From NCBI GenBank assembly GCA_965198005.1, contig CBDAOI010000003.1, positions 160,001-224,000 on the forward strand: a DNA stretch of 64,000 bases, given 5' to 3'. Made by a program: the position numbers and the translations under genes. A model generated the notes under the pieces. That model worked only from the letters and a program-made list of their open reading frames with translations, was not told the origin of the DNA and ran no database searches. Numbering within the stretch: the first letter of the stretch is position 1; each line of letters begins with the position of its first letter. Positions 41,946-52,934 of the stretch are shown here, in pieces. Source of the DNA: Spirochaetia bacterium (GTDB lineage: Bacteria > Spirochaetota > Spirochaetia > SZUA-6 > Bin103).

Positions 41946-42704
41946 TCAGCCGGCGGCGTCGAGGGCCGCGACCAGCGCCGGCAGCAGCACGGTGACGTCC
42001 CCCTCCAGGCGGAGGTCCGCCAGCCGGTCATGCCCGGTCGGGCCGCGGTTGACGATCGCGTAGCGGGCGCCGCGCTCACAGGCAACCAGCGGCACGTCGG
42101 CCGCGGGGCGCACCTCCAGGGTGGAGCCGATCGCCAGCACCAGGTCGGCGCGGCGCGCGGCCGCGAACGCCCGGCGCAGCGCGGCCTCCGGCATGGGCTG
42201 GCCGAACGACACGGTGGCGGTCTTGAGCACGCCGCCGCAGTCACGGCACCGGGGACAGGCGCCGGTGGCCCGGAACTGCGCCAGCGCCGGCTCCGGTGAG
42301 CTGCGCGCGCCGCAGCCCAGACACTCCACCGCCCGGTTGGTGCCGTGCAGCTCGATCACCCGTTCCGGATCGTGGCCGGCGGCCTGATGCAGGCCGTCGA
42401 CATTCTGGGTGACCAGCGTATCGAGCTGGCCGCGCCGCTCCAGCTCCACCAGCGCCCGGTGGGCGGCGTTGGGCCGGGCGGCCGCGAACTCCTGATGCCC
42501 CTCCTCCTTGTAGCGCCAATGCGCGATCCGGGCTTCCTCGGAGGCCACGAAGTCCTGGAACATGATCGGGCGGCGGCGGTTCCAGATTCCCTGCGGCCCG
42601 CGGAAGTCGGGTATGCCGGACCCGGTCGAGATGCCGGCGCCGGTGAACACCAGCACGCGCCGGGCGGCGCGCACGGCCGCGGCCAGTTCCTCCACCTCAG
42701 CCAT
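41946..42704 (-). CDS. cobB: Sir2-family NAD-dependent deacylase
   Basis: GAGISTGSGIPDFRG, TQNVDGLH, ELHG, CxxC..CxxC. Confidence 0.88.
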   Translation of the reverse strand: MAEVEELAAAVRAARRVLVFTGAGISTGSGIPDFRGPQGIWNRRRPIMFQDFVASEEARIAHWRYKEEGHQEFAAARPNAAHRALVELERRGQLDTLVTQNVDGLHQAAGHDPERVIELHGTNRAVECLGCGARSSPEPALAQFRATGACPRCRDCGGVLKTATVSFGQPMPEAALRRAFAAARRADLVLAIGSTLEVRPAADVPLVACERGARYAIVNRGPTGHDRLADLRLEGDVTVLLPALVAALDAAG

Positions 42705-42746
42705 CAACCGGCGATCGTACCGCGGTCGCGCCCGTCCGGTAAGTGG

Positions 42747-44123
42747 TCAGGCGGGCGGCTGATCCCGCCGCCGCCCGAGCGCCACCAGGGCGTCGGACGT
42801 GCTTACCGGGTAGCCGCCGCGACTCTGCAGTTCCCGGGCCGCGGCGGGCAGGCCGGCCAGCTCCGCCGCCGCCTGCGTCCGGATGGCGGCCAGCGGTGCG
42901 CGCGGCCCGGCGCGGACGCCGCCGCGCATCTGCTCCACCAGCAGCACGGTGCGCCGCTCGCGGGCGCCGGCGGCACCGATGATTCGCGCCGCCTCCTCGT
43001 CCAGGCAGAGAATGTCGCCGGTCGCCTGCTGCGCGCGGTGGCAGCGCACCACCTGCTTGATCCCCGGCAGCGTTGCCTTTGCCGGCTCCTCGGAGTGCTT
43101 GGCACTTGCCCGCCACGCCCCGGCGCGCATCACTGCCACCAGCTTGTACACCCCGCCGAGCGCGGGATCGTCGTACGCGGTGATCAGGCGGGTGCCCACG
43201 CCCCATACGTCGATCGGGGCGCCGGCGGCGCGCAGTGCGGTGATCCGCTTCTCATCCAGGTCGCCCGAGGCTACGATCCGCGCCCGGTGCAGCCCGGCCG
43301 CGTCGAGCTGCGTGCGCACGGCCCGGCTGAGACGCTCCAGATCGCCGCTGTCCAGACGCACCCCGAAGCCGTCGCGGCCGCCGGCCTGGAGGGTGCGCAG
43401 CACCGGGATGGCGTGCGGGACCCCGCTGCCCAGCGTATCGTAGGTGTCCGCCAGCAGGATCGCGTGGTCGGGGAAGATCTCGGCGAAGCGCGCGAACGCC
43501 TCCTTCTCACCGGCAAACGCCTGCACCCAGGAGTGGGCCATGGTGCCGCTCACGGGAATGCCGTAGCGGCAGCCCGCGGCCACGTTGGAGGTGGCGTGCA
43601 CGCCGCCGACGTAGGCCGCGCGCGCGGCCGACAGGGCGCCGTCGAGGCCCTGCGCCCGGCGCAGACCGAACTCCAGCACCTGGCCGCCGGCCGCCGCCCG
43701 CACCACGCGTGCCGCCTTGGTCGCAATCAGGGTCTGGAAATTGAGGATGTTGAGCACCAGGCTCTCCAGGAGTTGCGCCTCGACCAGATGCCCGGTGACC
43801 CGCAGCAGCGGCTCGCGGGGAAACACCACGGTGCCCTCCGGCGGCGCCCACAGCGAGCCGCGGAAGCGCCAGCCGGCCAGGAACTCAAGGAACTCAGGGC
43901 GAAACAGCTCGAGCGAGGCGAGATACTCCAGCTCTTCGGCGCTGAAGCGCAGCGCCGCCACCGCGTCCACCGCATCCTCCAGACCCGCGGCCAGCGCGTA
44001 CGCGCCCCCGAACGGCGCGCGGCGGAAGAACAGCTCGAACGTGACCTGCGGGTTGTAGCGATGCAGGAAGTATCCCTGCATCATCGTGAGCTGATACAGA
44101 TCGGTGACCAGCGCGGACGCCAC
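42747..44123 (-). CDS. pncB: Nicotinate phosphoribosyltransferase
   Basis: TDLYQLTM, EFGLRRAQG, GTMAHS, VRLDSGD, GVYKL. Confidence 0.95.
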   Translation of the reverse strand: MASALVTDLYQLTMMQGYFLHRYNPQVTFELFFRRAPFGGAYALAAGLEDAVDAVAALRFSAEELEYLASLELFRPEFLEFLAGWRFRGSLWAPPEGTVVFPREPLLRVTGHLVEAQLLESLVLNILNFQTLIATKAARVVRAAAGGQVLEFGLRRAQGLDGALSAARAAYVGGVHATSNVAAGCRYGIPVSGTMAHSWVQAFAGEKEAFARFAEIFPDHAILLADTYDTLGSGVPHAIPVLRTLQAGGRDGFGVRLDSGDLERLSRAVRTQLDAAGLHRARIVASGDLDEKRITALRAAGAPIDVWGVGTRLITAYDDPALGGVYKLVAVMRAGAWRASAKHSEEPAKATLPGIKQVVRCHRAQQATGDILCLDEEAARIIGAAGARERRTVLLVEQMRGGVRAGPRAPLAAIRTQAAAELAGLPAAARELQSRGGYPVSTSDALVALGRRRDQPPA

Positions 44124-44151
44124 AACCGACTCCCCGGGGCCGACTCCCCGG

Positions 44152-44751
44152 TCAGGAGAGGCGGACTCCGACCGCTCCCATCCGGGCGAGCGCGCTCTCC
44201 ACGCTGCCCGGCGGCAGGTCCACGCCGCGGCACGCGGCCGCCACCACCTCGACCTGGAAGCCCAACTCGACCGCGTCGAGCGCCGAGTAGTAGACGCAGT
44301 AGTCGGTGGCCAGTCCGCACAGCGCCACCCGTTGCACGCCGAGCCCGGTGAGGTAGCCGGCCAAGCCGGTGGAAGTATGCCGGTCGTTCTCGAAGAACGC
44401 CGAGTAGGAGTCCAGTCCGCAACGCATGCCCTTGTGCAGGATCAGATTGAGCCGCTCGACCTCGAGCCGCGGATGAAACGCGGCGCCGGCGGTCCCCCGC
44501 ACGCAGTGGTCGGGCCACAGCGTCTGCTGGATGCCGTCGATCTCGACCGTGGCGTACAGCTCCGCGTCCGGGTGCTGGGAGGCGAACGAGCAGTGATCCG
44601 GCGGATGCCAGTCCCGAGTCGCCACCACCACGTCGTGGTCCGCCATCAGTCGGTTGGCCTCCGGCACCACCGCGTCGCCGTCCGCCACCGGCAGCGCGCC
44701 GCCGGGGCAGAAGTCATTCTGTACGTCGATTACCAGCAGTGCCGATTTCAT
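44152..44751 (-). CDS. pncA: Nicotinamidase/pyrazinamidase
   Basis: IDVQNDFCPGG, DWHP, WPDHC, DSYSAF, ATDYC. Confidence 0.95.
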   Translation of the reverse strand: MKSALLVIDVQNDFCPGGALPVADGDAVVPEANRLMADHDVVVATRDWHPPDHCSFASQHPDAELYATVEIDGIQQTLWPDHCVRGTAGAAFHPRLEVERLNLILHKGMRCGLDSYSAFFENDRHTSTGLAGYLTGLGVQRVALCGLATDYCVYYSALDAVELGFQVEVVAAACRGVDLPPGSVESALARMGAVGVRLS

Positions 44752-44809
44752 CTGTTCGCCTCCGTTCGCCTCCGTTACCCCGACCATGCGCGTGCCTCCA
44801 TCGTGCAGA

Positions 44810-45853
44810 CTACCGCGGCGGGGAGCTTTCGTGAATGCGCCGGCCAGCGGCCGCGGCGGCCAGGGCCACCGTCAGGCCGAGCGCGGCGATCCCGGCCCCC
44901 GCCAGCCCCGCCGCCACCACCGCCGTCAGCTCGTTCGCCGGGACCCGCGCCAACTCCGCCACCGGCACCTTGGGGATGGCGTGCAGCGGCACCGGCGCGG
45001 CGCTGCCGGCGACCGCCGCCGGATCCAGAAACGGCCACAGCCGTCTGAGCGACCCCAGCATCAACCCGCTCAGGGCCGCCAGCGTGACCCCGTGGGCATG
45101 CGCCAGCAGCCAGGTCAGGGTGCGGCTGACGGCCGCCAGCCCGAGCAGCGCGCCGACCACGAACACCACCAGCGGCAGCGGTTGCGGGTCCGGCCCGGTG
45201 AGGCCGCGCACCAAGTCGATCACGTACGGGTAGGGGCCGAGCACCAGCAGCACGAACGCACCGCTGACCCCGGGGAGCACCATGACCGCCGCGGCCACCG
45301 TCCCGCTCAATGCCAGGAACCAGAGTGCCGGCGCACCGGTCGCGCGTACCGGCAACCCCAACAGGATCACCGCCGCCGCGCCTGCCACCGCGAACGCCGC
45401 GACCTGTGGCGCCCGCCAGCGTCCCACCGCCCGCAACGGCAGCACCACCGCCACCGGCACCACGCCGCAGAAGAAGGCCAGGGCCGGCCCCGGGGCGGCT
45501 TCCAGCACCGCGCCCACCGCGTGGCTGAACAGCAGCGGCGCCCCCACCATGCCGCCCCCCAGCACGATCAGAAACCGCCACGGCACCGCGCGCCAAGCGG
45601 CTGCCACCGCCTGCCCCGGCGGCCCGCCGCGGCGCGGGCGCGGCACCAGCGCGCGCATCGCGTCCACCAGCGCCGCCAGCGCCGCCACCAGCCGCTCGTA
45701 GATCCCGAGGATCAGGGCCAGGGTCCCGGCGCTGACCCCCGGCACCAGCTCGACCACTCCCATCCCCATGCCGCGCAGCAGGGTGGCCAAGTCGGTGCGC
45801 CAGCCGCCGCCACCAGCCACGGAACGCCCGGCGCAGTTGTGCTTGCCGCTCAC
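44810..45853 (-). CDS. DUF368 membrane protein (undecaprenyl-phosphate transporter family)
   Basis: GMGMGVVELVPGVSAGT..LILGIYE and MVLPGVSGA repeats; start uncertain. Confidence 0.8.
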   Translation of the reverse strand: MSGKHNCAGRSVAGGGGWRTDLATLLRGMGMGVVELVPGVSAGTLALILGIYERLVAALAALVDAMRALVPRPRRGGPPGQAVAAAWRAVPWRFLIVLGGGMVGAPLLFSHAVGAVLEAAPGPALAFFCGVVPVAVVLPLRAVGRWRAPQVAAFAVAGAAAVILLGLPVRATGAPALWFLALSGTVAAAVMVLPGVSGAFVLLVLGPYPYVIDLVRGLTGPDPQPLPLVVFVVGALLGLAAVSRTLTWLLAHAHGVTLAALSGLMLGSLRRLWPFLDPAAVAGSAAPVPLHAIPKVPVAELARVPANELTAVVAAGLAGAGIAALGLTVALAAAAAGRRIHESSPPR

Positions 45854-46082
45854 GCCGGCCAGTGTGCCCGATCCCGGCCATCGGCGCAGCCCGGTCGATT
45901 CCGCCTGCCACGCCCTGCCACGCCCGCCACGCCCGCCACGCCCAGGGTGACACGCGAAGGGCGATCTTCGATAGAATAACCGGAGAACAACCTGCGATGC
46001 CCGCGCGGACACGACAGATTGCGACCGACTGCCGATACTCGTTTACGATCGGAACTCACTCATCACACAATCGGAGGCTGAT

Positions 46083-47165
46083 TTGCTCAAGCACTTTCAG
46101 GTGCCCAAGGACATCGAAGTACGGGTCGCGCAGGAGGACATGCGCTGGACCACCGAGGCGCTGCTCACGTCGGCGGGCATGCCCGAGGCGGACGCGCGCC
46201 AGACGGCGGACGTGTTGCTGTACGCCGATCTGCGCGGCATCGACACCCACGGCGTCAGCAACATGCTGCGCACCTACCTCAAGTGGTTCAAGGAAGGGGC
46301 CATCAACCCGACGCCGAGCTGGACCGTGACGCGCGACAACAAGGCGACCTGCGTGATCGACGGCGACCGCGGACATGGCATGGTGATCGCCCCGGTCGGC
46401 ATGCGCGAGGCGATCAAGCGCGCCGCGCAGTACGGCATCGGCACCGCCTCGGTGATGAACTGCCGCCACCTCGGCCCCTGCTCCTACTACGCCCACATGG
46501 CGCTGGAGCACCACATGCTCGGGCAGGCGACCACCACCGGCGGCATGGCGATGGTCCCCACCTACGGCACCCGGCCGCTGCTCGGGCTCAACGCCCTGGC
46601 GTTCGCGGCGCCGTCCGCCAGCCATCCCCCCTTCATCTACGACGCGTCGCCGAGCGTGGTGGCCGGCAACAAGATCGGCCTGGCCCGGAGACTGGGACGC
46701 AAGGTGCTGCCGGGGTGGATCACCGACCAGCACGGCAACCCGATCATGGAAGAGGCGGAGATCCCGGAGAAGTACATGCTGCTGCCGCTCGGCTCGACCC
46801 GCGAAGGGGGGTCGCAGAAGGGGTATTCGTACTCGGTGATCTCCGAGATTCTCACCACCGTGCTGTGCGCCTCCGGCGCCGGTCCGCGCCGGCGCGGCGG
46901 CGACGTGCACAACTTCCTGGCCTATGACATCTCCTGCTTCTGCGACCCGCAGGAGTTCATCGCCGATCTGGACCAGTACCTGACCGACCTGCTCGATTGC
47001 CCGACGGTGTCCGGCGAAGGCCGGGTGCTCTATTCCGGCTACCCGGAAGCCGAGACCGAGCAGGACCGGCGCCGCAACGGCATCCCCTATCACCCGGAGG
47101 TGCTCGAGTGGTTCAGGTCGGCCACCGCCGAGCAGGGAGTGGCGTGGCGGCTGACGGGGGAATAG
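46083..47165 (+). CDS. Ldh_2 family (malate/L-lactate/ureidoglycolate-type) oxidoreductase
   Basis: ADLRGIDTHG, IDGDRGHG, HLG, LLPLG...KGY; GGAGG RBS. Confidence 0.88.
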   Translation: MLKHFQVPKDIEVRVAQEDMRWTTEALLTSAGMPEADARQTADVLLYADLRGIDTHGVSNMLRTYLKWFKEGAINPTPSWTVTRDNKATCVIDGDRGHGMVIAPVGMREAIKRAAQYGIGTASVMNCRHLGPCSYYAHMALEHHMLGQATTTGGMAMVPTYGTRPLLGLNALAFAAPSASHPPFIYDASPSVVAGNKIGLARRLGRKVLPGWITDQHGNPIMEEAEIPEKYMLLPLGSTREGGSQKGYSYSVISEILTTVLCASGAGPRRRGGDVHNFLAYDISCFCDPQEFIADLDQYLTDLLDCPTVSGEGRVLYSGYPEAETEQDRRRNGIPYHPEVLEWFRSATAEQGVAWRLTGE

Positions 47166-47247
47166 TAACCGCTGGACGGACCCTGGCCGTTTGGTGGAGT
47201 CGCGGGGGTTGGTATTCCGCCGCCGCCGGGACTATACTATCGGCGCT

Positions 47248-48117
47248 ATGAGTGCACGTTACGTGAGCCCGCTGACGGTAAGCGAGGCCATCGAAGTCCT
47301 GAGCCGGAACCCGGACACTGCCCGGGTGCTGGCCGGCGGTACCGATCTGATCGTGTTGATGCGACTGTCCCGCCAGATCCCCGAGTTGATCGTCGACATC
47401 AAGAACATCCCGCAGACCCGCGAGATCACCCTCACCGGCGGCGGGCTGGTGCTCGGGGCCGCGGTTCCCAGTGTGGACCTGACCGAGCACCCGGAAGTTC
47501 CCGGCGTATATCCCGGTCTGGTGGAGGCGGCGGAGCTGATCGGTTCCACCCAGATTCAGAGCCGCGCCAGTCTGGGCGGCAATCTCTGTCACTCGTCGCC
47601 GGCAGCCGACACGGTGCCGGCGTTGGCCGCGGTGCGGGCGCAATGCCGGATCGCGGGTCCGGCCGGCGAGCGCCGGGTGGCGGTGGAGGATTTCTGTACC
47701 GGTCCGGGGGCCAATGTCCTGGGCGCCGGTGAGTTCCTGGTTGCGTTCGAGATTCCCCATCCGGGAGCCGGCTCGGCGGATGCCTACCTGCGGTTCATAC
47801 CGCGCAACGAGATGGACATCGCGGTGGTGGGCTCCGGGGTGAGCGTCACGCTGGACGGCGGCGGCACCTGCACCGCGGCGCGGGTCGCGCTGGGCGCGGT
47901 GGCTCCGACGATGATCCTGGTGCCGGAATCGGCCGCCGCTCTGGTCGGGTCGCGGATCGAGGACGCGGACCTGGAACGGGCGGCCGCGGCCGCCTCCGCG
48001 GCTGCCCGGCCGATCAACGACCGGCGCGGGACCGTCGAGTTCCGCCGCCACGTCGTCGGCGTGCTGACCCGGCGCGCCGCCGCCATAGCGCGCGACCGGG
48101 CGCGGGCAGCCGCCTAG
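47248..48117 (+). CDS. Xanthine/CO dehydrogenase family FAD subunit (CoxM-like)
   Basis: LAGGTDL, QIQSRASLGGN..SPAAD, PINDRRGT..FR. Confidence 0.9.
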   Translation: MSARYVSPLTVSEAIEVLSRNPDTARVLAGGTDLIVLMRLSRQIPELIVDIKNIPQTREITLTGGGLVLGAAVPSVDLTEHPEVPGVYPGLVEAAELIGSTQIQSRASLGGNLCHSSPAADTVPALAAVRAQCRIAGPAGERRVAVEDFCTGPGANVLGAGEFLVAFEIPHPGAGSADAYLRFIPRNEMDIAVVGSGVSVTLDGGGTCTAARVALGAVAPTMILVPESAAALVGSRIEDADLERAAAAASAAARPINDRRGTVEFRRHVVGVLTRRAAAIARDRARAAA

Positions 48118-48170
48118 CCCGCCCGCGCGACCGTATTCGATAACCGAGGATTGAACGAGGATTGGAGACC

Positions 48171-48650
<480 letters not shown>

Positions 48651-48674
48651 GCCGACGCCGTTGCCGGTGCGCCG

Positions 48675-48932
48675 ATGGCGCAGGTAGAGATTCCTACGCG
48701 GCTGCTGGAGCTCACCGGCGGCCAGACCCGGCTGCAGGTGGAGGCCCACACCGTGCGCGCGTTGCTGCGCGCGCTGGACCAGCGGTTTCCGGGGCTCGGC
48801 GACCAGTTGAAGGCCACCACCGCGGTCGCGATCGATGGCGAGATCATCGGGCAGCGGCTGTCGGACGCCTTGCTGGAACGGGTCGAGCCGGACAGCGAGG
48901 TCTACTTCGTGCCGGCGATCGCCGGTGGATGA
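48675..48932 (+). CDS. MoaD/ThiS sulfur carrier
   Basis: C-terminal PAIAGG, 85 aa. Confidence 0.85.
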   Translation: MAQVEIPTRLLELTGGQTRLQVEAHTVRALLRALDQRFPGLGDQLKATTAVAIDGEIIGQRLSDALLERVEPDSEVYFVPAIAGG

Positions 48933-50103
48933 GCTGCATGACATAGTCGGCCGGCTGTCGGGGCTGGAACCGGGGCAGGGGTATGCGCTGGCCACCCTGG
49001 TGCGGGTCGACGGCTCCAGCTATCGCAGCGTGGGCGCGCGCGCGCTGGCCCTCCCGGACGGCGCCACGGTCGGGATGATCAGCGGCGGCTGCCTGGAAGG
49101 GGATCTGCTGGAGCGGGCCGGCGAGGTGCTGGCGGACGGCCGCCCGCGCACGGTGCGCTACGACTCGACCGCACCGGAGGACGCGTTGCTGGGCCTGGGG
49201 CTCGGCTGCAACGGCATCGTCGACGTGCTGCTGGAGCGGGTGCAGGCGGCCGACGCAGCCATCGCCGGCCGTTACCTGCCGCTGCTCGAGCAGGCCCGGG
49301 CGGACGGGCGCCGCAGTGCGCTGGCGACCGTCTACGGCTCCGGCGAAGCGCACGAGGTGGGCGCCCGTCTGGCGCTGGTCGAGCAGCCGGCGGGTGCCGG
49401 CGGCCGCCGGCCGGCCGCGCCGGTGCGCACCTTCGGCCAGTTGCGCCCGGAGCTGCGGGCAGCGGTGGCCGCGGACCTGAGCGGCCTGCTCCGGGCCGGC
49501 CGCTCCCGCTCGGCGGTGTACGAGGTCGCCGGCCACCCGGTGCGGGTGCTGCTGGAGCTGGTCGAGCCGCCGCTCGCCCTGACGGTGTGCGGCGCGGGGC
49601 CCGATGCGGAGCCGCTGGTGGCGCTGGCCGCGACCCTGGGGTGGGCGCCGGTGGTGTTCGACCACCGCGCCGGCTTCGCCCGCGCCGAGCGGTTTCCCGG
49701 CGCCGTCCGGGTGGTCACGGCCGCGCGCGAGGAGCTTGCCGCGGCGGTGCCGCCGCGCGCCGGCGAAGCGGTGGTGCTGATGACGCACAGCTACCCCACC
49801 GACCTGACCTGCCTGGAGCAGCTCGCCACGCGCAAGGTGCGCTACGTCGGCGTGCTGGGGCCGCGCCGCCGCCTGCAACGGCTGCTGGAGGAGCTGGGCC
49901 CACGCGCCCCGGCCGGGGACGTGATCTACGGCCCCGCCGGGCTCGACATCGGCGCCGATACTCCGCCGGAAATCGCACTCTCGATCGTGGCCGAGATTCG
50001 CGCGGTGCTGGCAAAGCGCGCGGGCGGCTCGCTACGGCGGCGGCCGACCCCGATCCACACCGGCGCCGGCGGCGACCGCGGCGGCGGCGAGCCGGACCCG
50101 TGA
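48925..50103 (+). CDS. XdhC/CoxI molybdoenzyme maturation factor
   Basis: GSSYR, SGGCLE, GLGCNG, MTHS, PAGLDIGA.TPPEIALSI. Confidence 0.9.
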   Translation: MDELHDIVGRLSGLEPGQGYALATLVRVDGSSYRSVGARALALPDGATVGMISGGCLEGDLLERAGEVLADGRPRTVRYDSTAPEDALLGLGLGCNGIVDVLLERVQAADAAIAGRYLPLLEQARADGRRSALATVYGSGEAHEVGARLALVEQPAGAGGRRPAAPVRTFGQLRPELRAAVAADLSGLLRAGRSRSAVYEVAGHPVRVLLELVEPPLALTVCGAGPDAEPLVALAATLGWAPVVFDHRAGFARAERFPGAVRVVTAAREELAAAVPPRAGEAVVLMTHSYPTDLTCLEQLATRKVRYVGVLGPRRRLQRLLEELGPRAPAGDVIYGPAGLDIGADTPPEIALSIVAEIRAVLAKRAGGSLRRRPTPIHTGAGGDRGGGEPDP

Positions 50104-50864
50104 CCCCACCGGCGCGGTCCGCGCGGCCCGGCGCCGGCCCCAGCTCCAGTCGCGGCCCTGGTTCGGGCTCCAGCCCGGGCGGCAGCCCCAGCCACGGCTC
50201 TGCTCCCGGCTGCAGTCACGGCCCCAGCCATGGCCGGGTGGCGGGCGTGATCCTCGCCGCGGGCGCTTCCGTCCGGCTCGGACAGCCCAAGCAACTGCTG
50301 CGGTACCGGGGCGAGACCCTGATCGGGCGCACCGCGCGGCTGGCCCGCACGGCCGGCCTGGCTCCGATCCACGTGGTAGTGGGCTATCGCGGCGGTGAAG
50401 TGGCGGCCGCCCTCGGCGAGCCGGGCGACTCTGCCGCCGCCGCCGTGACCGTGGTGGCCAACCCCGACTGGCGGCGGGGCATGGGCAGCTCGCTGGCGCG
50501 CGGAATCGCCAGCCTGCCGGCCACGGCCGAGGCGGCGCTGGTGCTGGTGACCGACCAGCCGCACCTGTCGGCGGCGCTCCTGGGCGCCATCCTGACGACC
50601 TACCGCGCCGGGGAGGCCTCGCTGGTCGCCTGCCGCTACGCCGGCGGCACCGTCGGCGTGCCGGCCCTGTTCGCGCGCCGCCACTTCCGCGAGTTGACCG
50701 GACTCTCCGGCGACCGCGGCGCCCGCGCCCTGTTCGCCCGCCACGCGGACACCCTGGCCACGGTCAGCTTCCCGGCCGGCGACACCGACGTCGACACCCC
50801 CGCCGCTGCCGCCACCCTCGACCCGAAGCAGGGACCACGGCTGCGTGGCTCGCCGCACGTCTGA
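50100..50864 (+). CDS. Molybdenum cofactor cytidylyltransferase (MocA-like)
   Basis: ILAAGAS.RLGQPKQLL, NPDW..GMGSS, DQP, GDRGAR, DVDTP; Ser/Gly/Pro repeat N-terminus. Confidence 0.85.
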   Translation: MTPPARSARPGAGPSSSRGPGSGSSPGGSPSHGSAPGCSHGPSHGRVAGVILAAGASVRLGQPKQLLRYRGETLIGRTARLARTAGLAPIHVVVGYRGGEVAAALGEPGDSAAAAVTVVANPDWRRGMGSSLARGIASLPATAEAALVLVTDQPHLSAALLGAILTTYRAGEASLVACRYAGGTVGVPALFARRHFRELTGLSGDRGARALFARHADTLATVSFPAGDTDVDTPAAAATLDPKQGPRLRGSPHV

Positions 50865-50889
50865 CCTTCCGACCGCGCGTGCCTAGCCC

Positions 50890-51222
50890 TCAGGCCTCAC
50901 GGGTCCTCTCGGCGTGCCGAAGATCGTGCAACTCCACGCTGCGTCCTGCATTCTTCGCCGCGTGCCAGCGCTTGAACGAACTCTCGCCTTCTCCCGACGG
51001 ACGCCCTGCAAGCAGGCCCTCGACACTCAAGTCCTCGTCCAGGTCGGGCCAGTGGATGTGCTGATCGTCCGCGTGCAGTTCCCAGTGGTTCCGCTCTTCG
51101 GGCGTAGCATGGACAAGCCTGGGATACCAGGCGAGCGGGACGGAGATGGTGCGTCCGTCGGTGAGTTCCACCACGAGCGCGTCTTCGGTGACCGTGACAC
51201 TCGTCGCTCCTGTTAATCGCAT
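50890..51222 (-). CDS. DUF2442 family protein (putative antitoxin), partner absent
   Basis: DGRTISVPLAWYPRL..ATPEER, IHWPDLDEDLSVEGLL. Confidence 0.8.
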   Translation of the reverse strand: MRLTGATSVTVTEDALVVELTDGRTISVPLAWYPRLVHATPEERNHWELHADDQHIHWPDLDEDLSVEGLLAGRPSGEGESSFKRWHAAKNAGRSVELHDLRHAERTREA

Positions 51223-51292
51223 CTTAACGGTCGAAGGACCTTCGCGCAACAAAGCCGGCATCTGTCGCCACCTGCCCGTCAGGCACAGCGGC

Positions 51293-51725
51293 TTACGGCC
51301 ACCCGTCGTCCTCGTCGGTGCGGCCCAGCCGGCGCTGATACTCGTCGACGATGCTCTTCAGCGGGGCGGCGGCGGCCAGATGCTCCTTCAGATCGCTGCG
51401 TGTCAGGAACCCGAACGGCTCTGCCAGGAACGCTTCCTTATCTTCGCTAGCCGTGTAGTCGGCGTAGCTCTGCACGACTGCAAGGGCCTGTCGCAGTAGC
51501 CGGCGCACGCGCCGGCATTCACGTTGGTGCGCGGACAGGTAGTAGAGGAGGTCGGCGCGGTCCACGGCCAGGAGGTTGCGCTCGGCCGTCGGCCTCGGCC
51601 ACGTCGCCGACGCGGAAGGTATCGAGGGTGTTGCCCAGAGTTTTCGTCTGCGTGGATTGGATCGCGGTCCCGCACTGCGCGCAGGCGATCGCCTCCGGCA
51701 GGACCAGCGTATCGAACAGGCCCAT
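51293..51725 (-). pseudogene. Hypothetical CxxC protein, frameshifted/deleted
   Basis: MGLFD...CAQCG..QTK.L...FRVGD continues in another frame (LLYYLSAH...). Confidence 0.45.
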
Positions 51726-51799
51726 TCGGCCATCTTGCCGCCTCCCGGCTCACGTGGCAAGGGCTGACCAGGCGCACTACCAAACTGTGGCAGGCGACG

Positions 51800-51935
51800 T
51801 CAACCGGAGCGTTCGGCCTTCTGCAGGGCGCGGCGGGCGCCTTCGATGGCGCGGGCGCTCATGCCGCCGCTGCCGAGGCTCGCCCCGCCGCCGCCACCCC
51901 GCAGCCCGGATCGAGCAGGCCGCACCGCGTCACCA
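51800..51935 (-). repeat. Isolated 3' end of an OppC-like permease, close to 59840-59975
   Basis: Shares GSGGMSARAIEGARRALQKA coding sequence with the 59840 permease. Confidence 0.8.
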
Positions 51936-51958
51936 ACCCGCGGTACGCCGCCGCCGAA

Positions 51959-52524
51959 CTTAAATCGACCTGGCGCGGTGCGCGTCGAGACGCCCCACGG
52001 CACCTCTGAGCCGCGCGAGCAGGTCTCTCCGGCGTCACCGAACATGTTGAGGGAGTAGACGACCATCGTCAGGCAGAGCCCTGGCCAGAGCGCCAGCCAG
52101 GGTGCTTGCTCCATGTAGTGACGCCCTTCCCGGCTCAGCATCCCCCCCCAGCTCGGAATCTGGGGAGGCAGACCGAATCCGAGAAAGCTCAAGCTGGCTT
52201 CACTGATAATCACTCCCCCAACGTTGATGCTGAAGATGATGATCAGGGGCGCCCGTAGATCAGGCGGCTCAAGAAGTGGTCTCGCCCGATGTAGTCGGTG
52301 CCCAGGAGATACCGGGCAGATGAGCCCTGCAGCCGGTCTGCCGGGTGTACCTCGGCATAGGGATAAGGAGAGAGAACGTCGGCAAAGATCGCCACCACAA
52401 TCAAGATCAAGATGACGATCCCGCTGATCGTCCCGAGTGGCTTCTCCCGCCACAGCCTGAAGAAGAAATCTGCAAACCGCCCCCGTCGCTTGGGCTCACG
52501 GATGGGGGAGGGCCTTTCATTCAT
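51959..52524 (-). pseudogene. OppC-like ABC permease, internally deleted
   Basis: EKPLG...LLGTD..SRLIYG joined directly to APLIIIFS...EASLSFLG..PSWG. Confidence 0.8.
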
Positions 52525-52769
52525 ACCGCACCCTGGGATCCAAGAACGCATAAGTCAGGTCGATCAAGAGATTGATTCCCAAGACCACGGTGCCGAAAAA
52601 CAGGTTCGTTCCTTGTACTACCGGGTAGTCTCGATCCTGGAGGGCATCCAGCATGAGACGACCGAGCCCCGGCAGGTTGAAGAGGGTCTCCATGATCACG
52701 GCGCCGCCCACCAGGATCGGCAACTGCAGGCCGATCAGGGTCACCACCGGGATGAGGGCATTCTTGATA
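52517..52769 (-). pseudogene. OppB-like permease 3' fragment
   Basis: KNALIPVVT...RDYPVVQG...LDPRVRY. Confidence 0.8.
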
Positions 52770-52770
52770 G

Positions 52771-52879
52771 CAACACGGCGATGTCAATGATTGGCGGAAC
52801 GTGGTCGGTACCGGGCCCTATGAGCTGACTGACTTGGTCGAGGGCAGTTCCTTCACCCATACGAAGAATCCCGACTATC
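52771..52879 (+). pseudogene. Inverted internal fragment of family-5 solute-binding protein
   Basis: QHGDVNDWRNVVGTGPYELTDLVEGSSFTHTKNPDY matches the paralogs at 56066 and 61857 but on the opposite strand. Confidence 0.8.
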
Positions 52880-52934
52880 GAAGGGCCGGCCCGCTGGCCT
52901 TGCAGGCCCGCGCGAGACGGCCTACGCTGCCGCC

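Noticed and set aside
41946-42704. Sir2 as an anti-phage (Thoeris/DSR-type) effector
   Set aside because: Classic CobB-type Zn-binding sirtuin located with pncA/pncB; housekeeping context.
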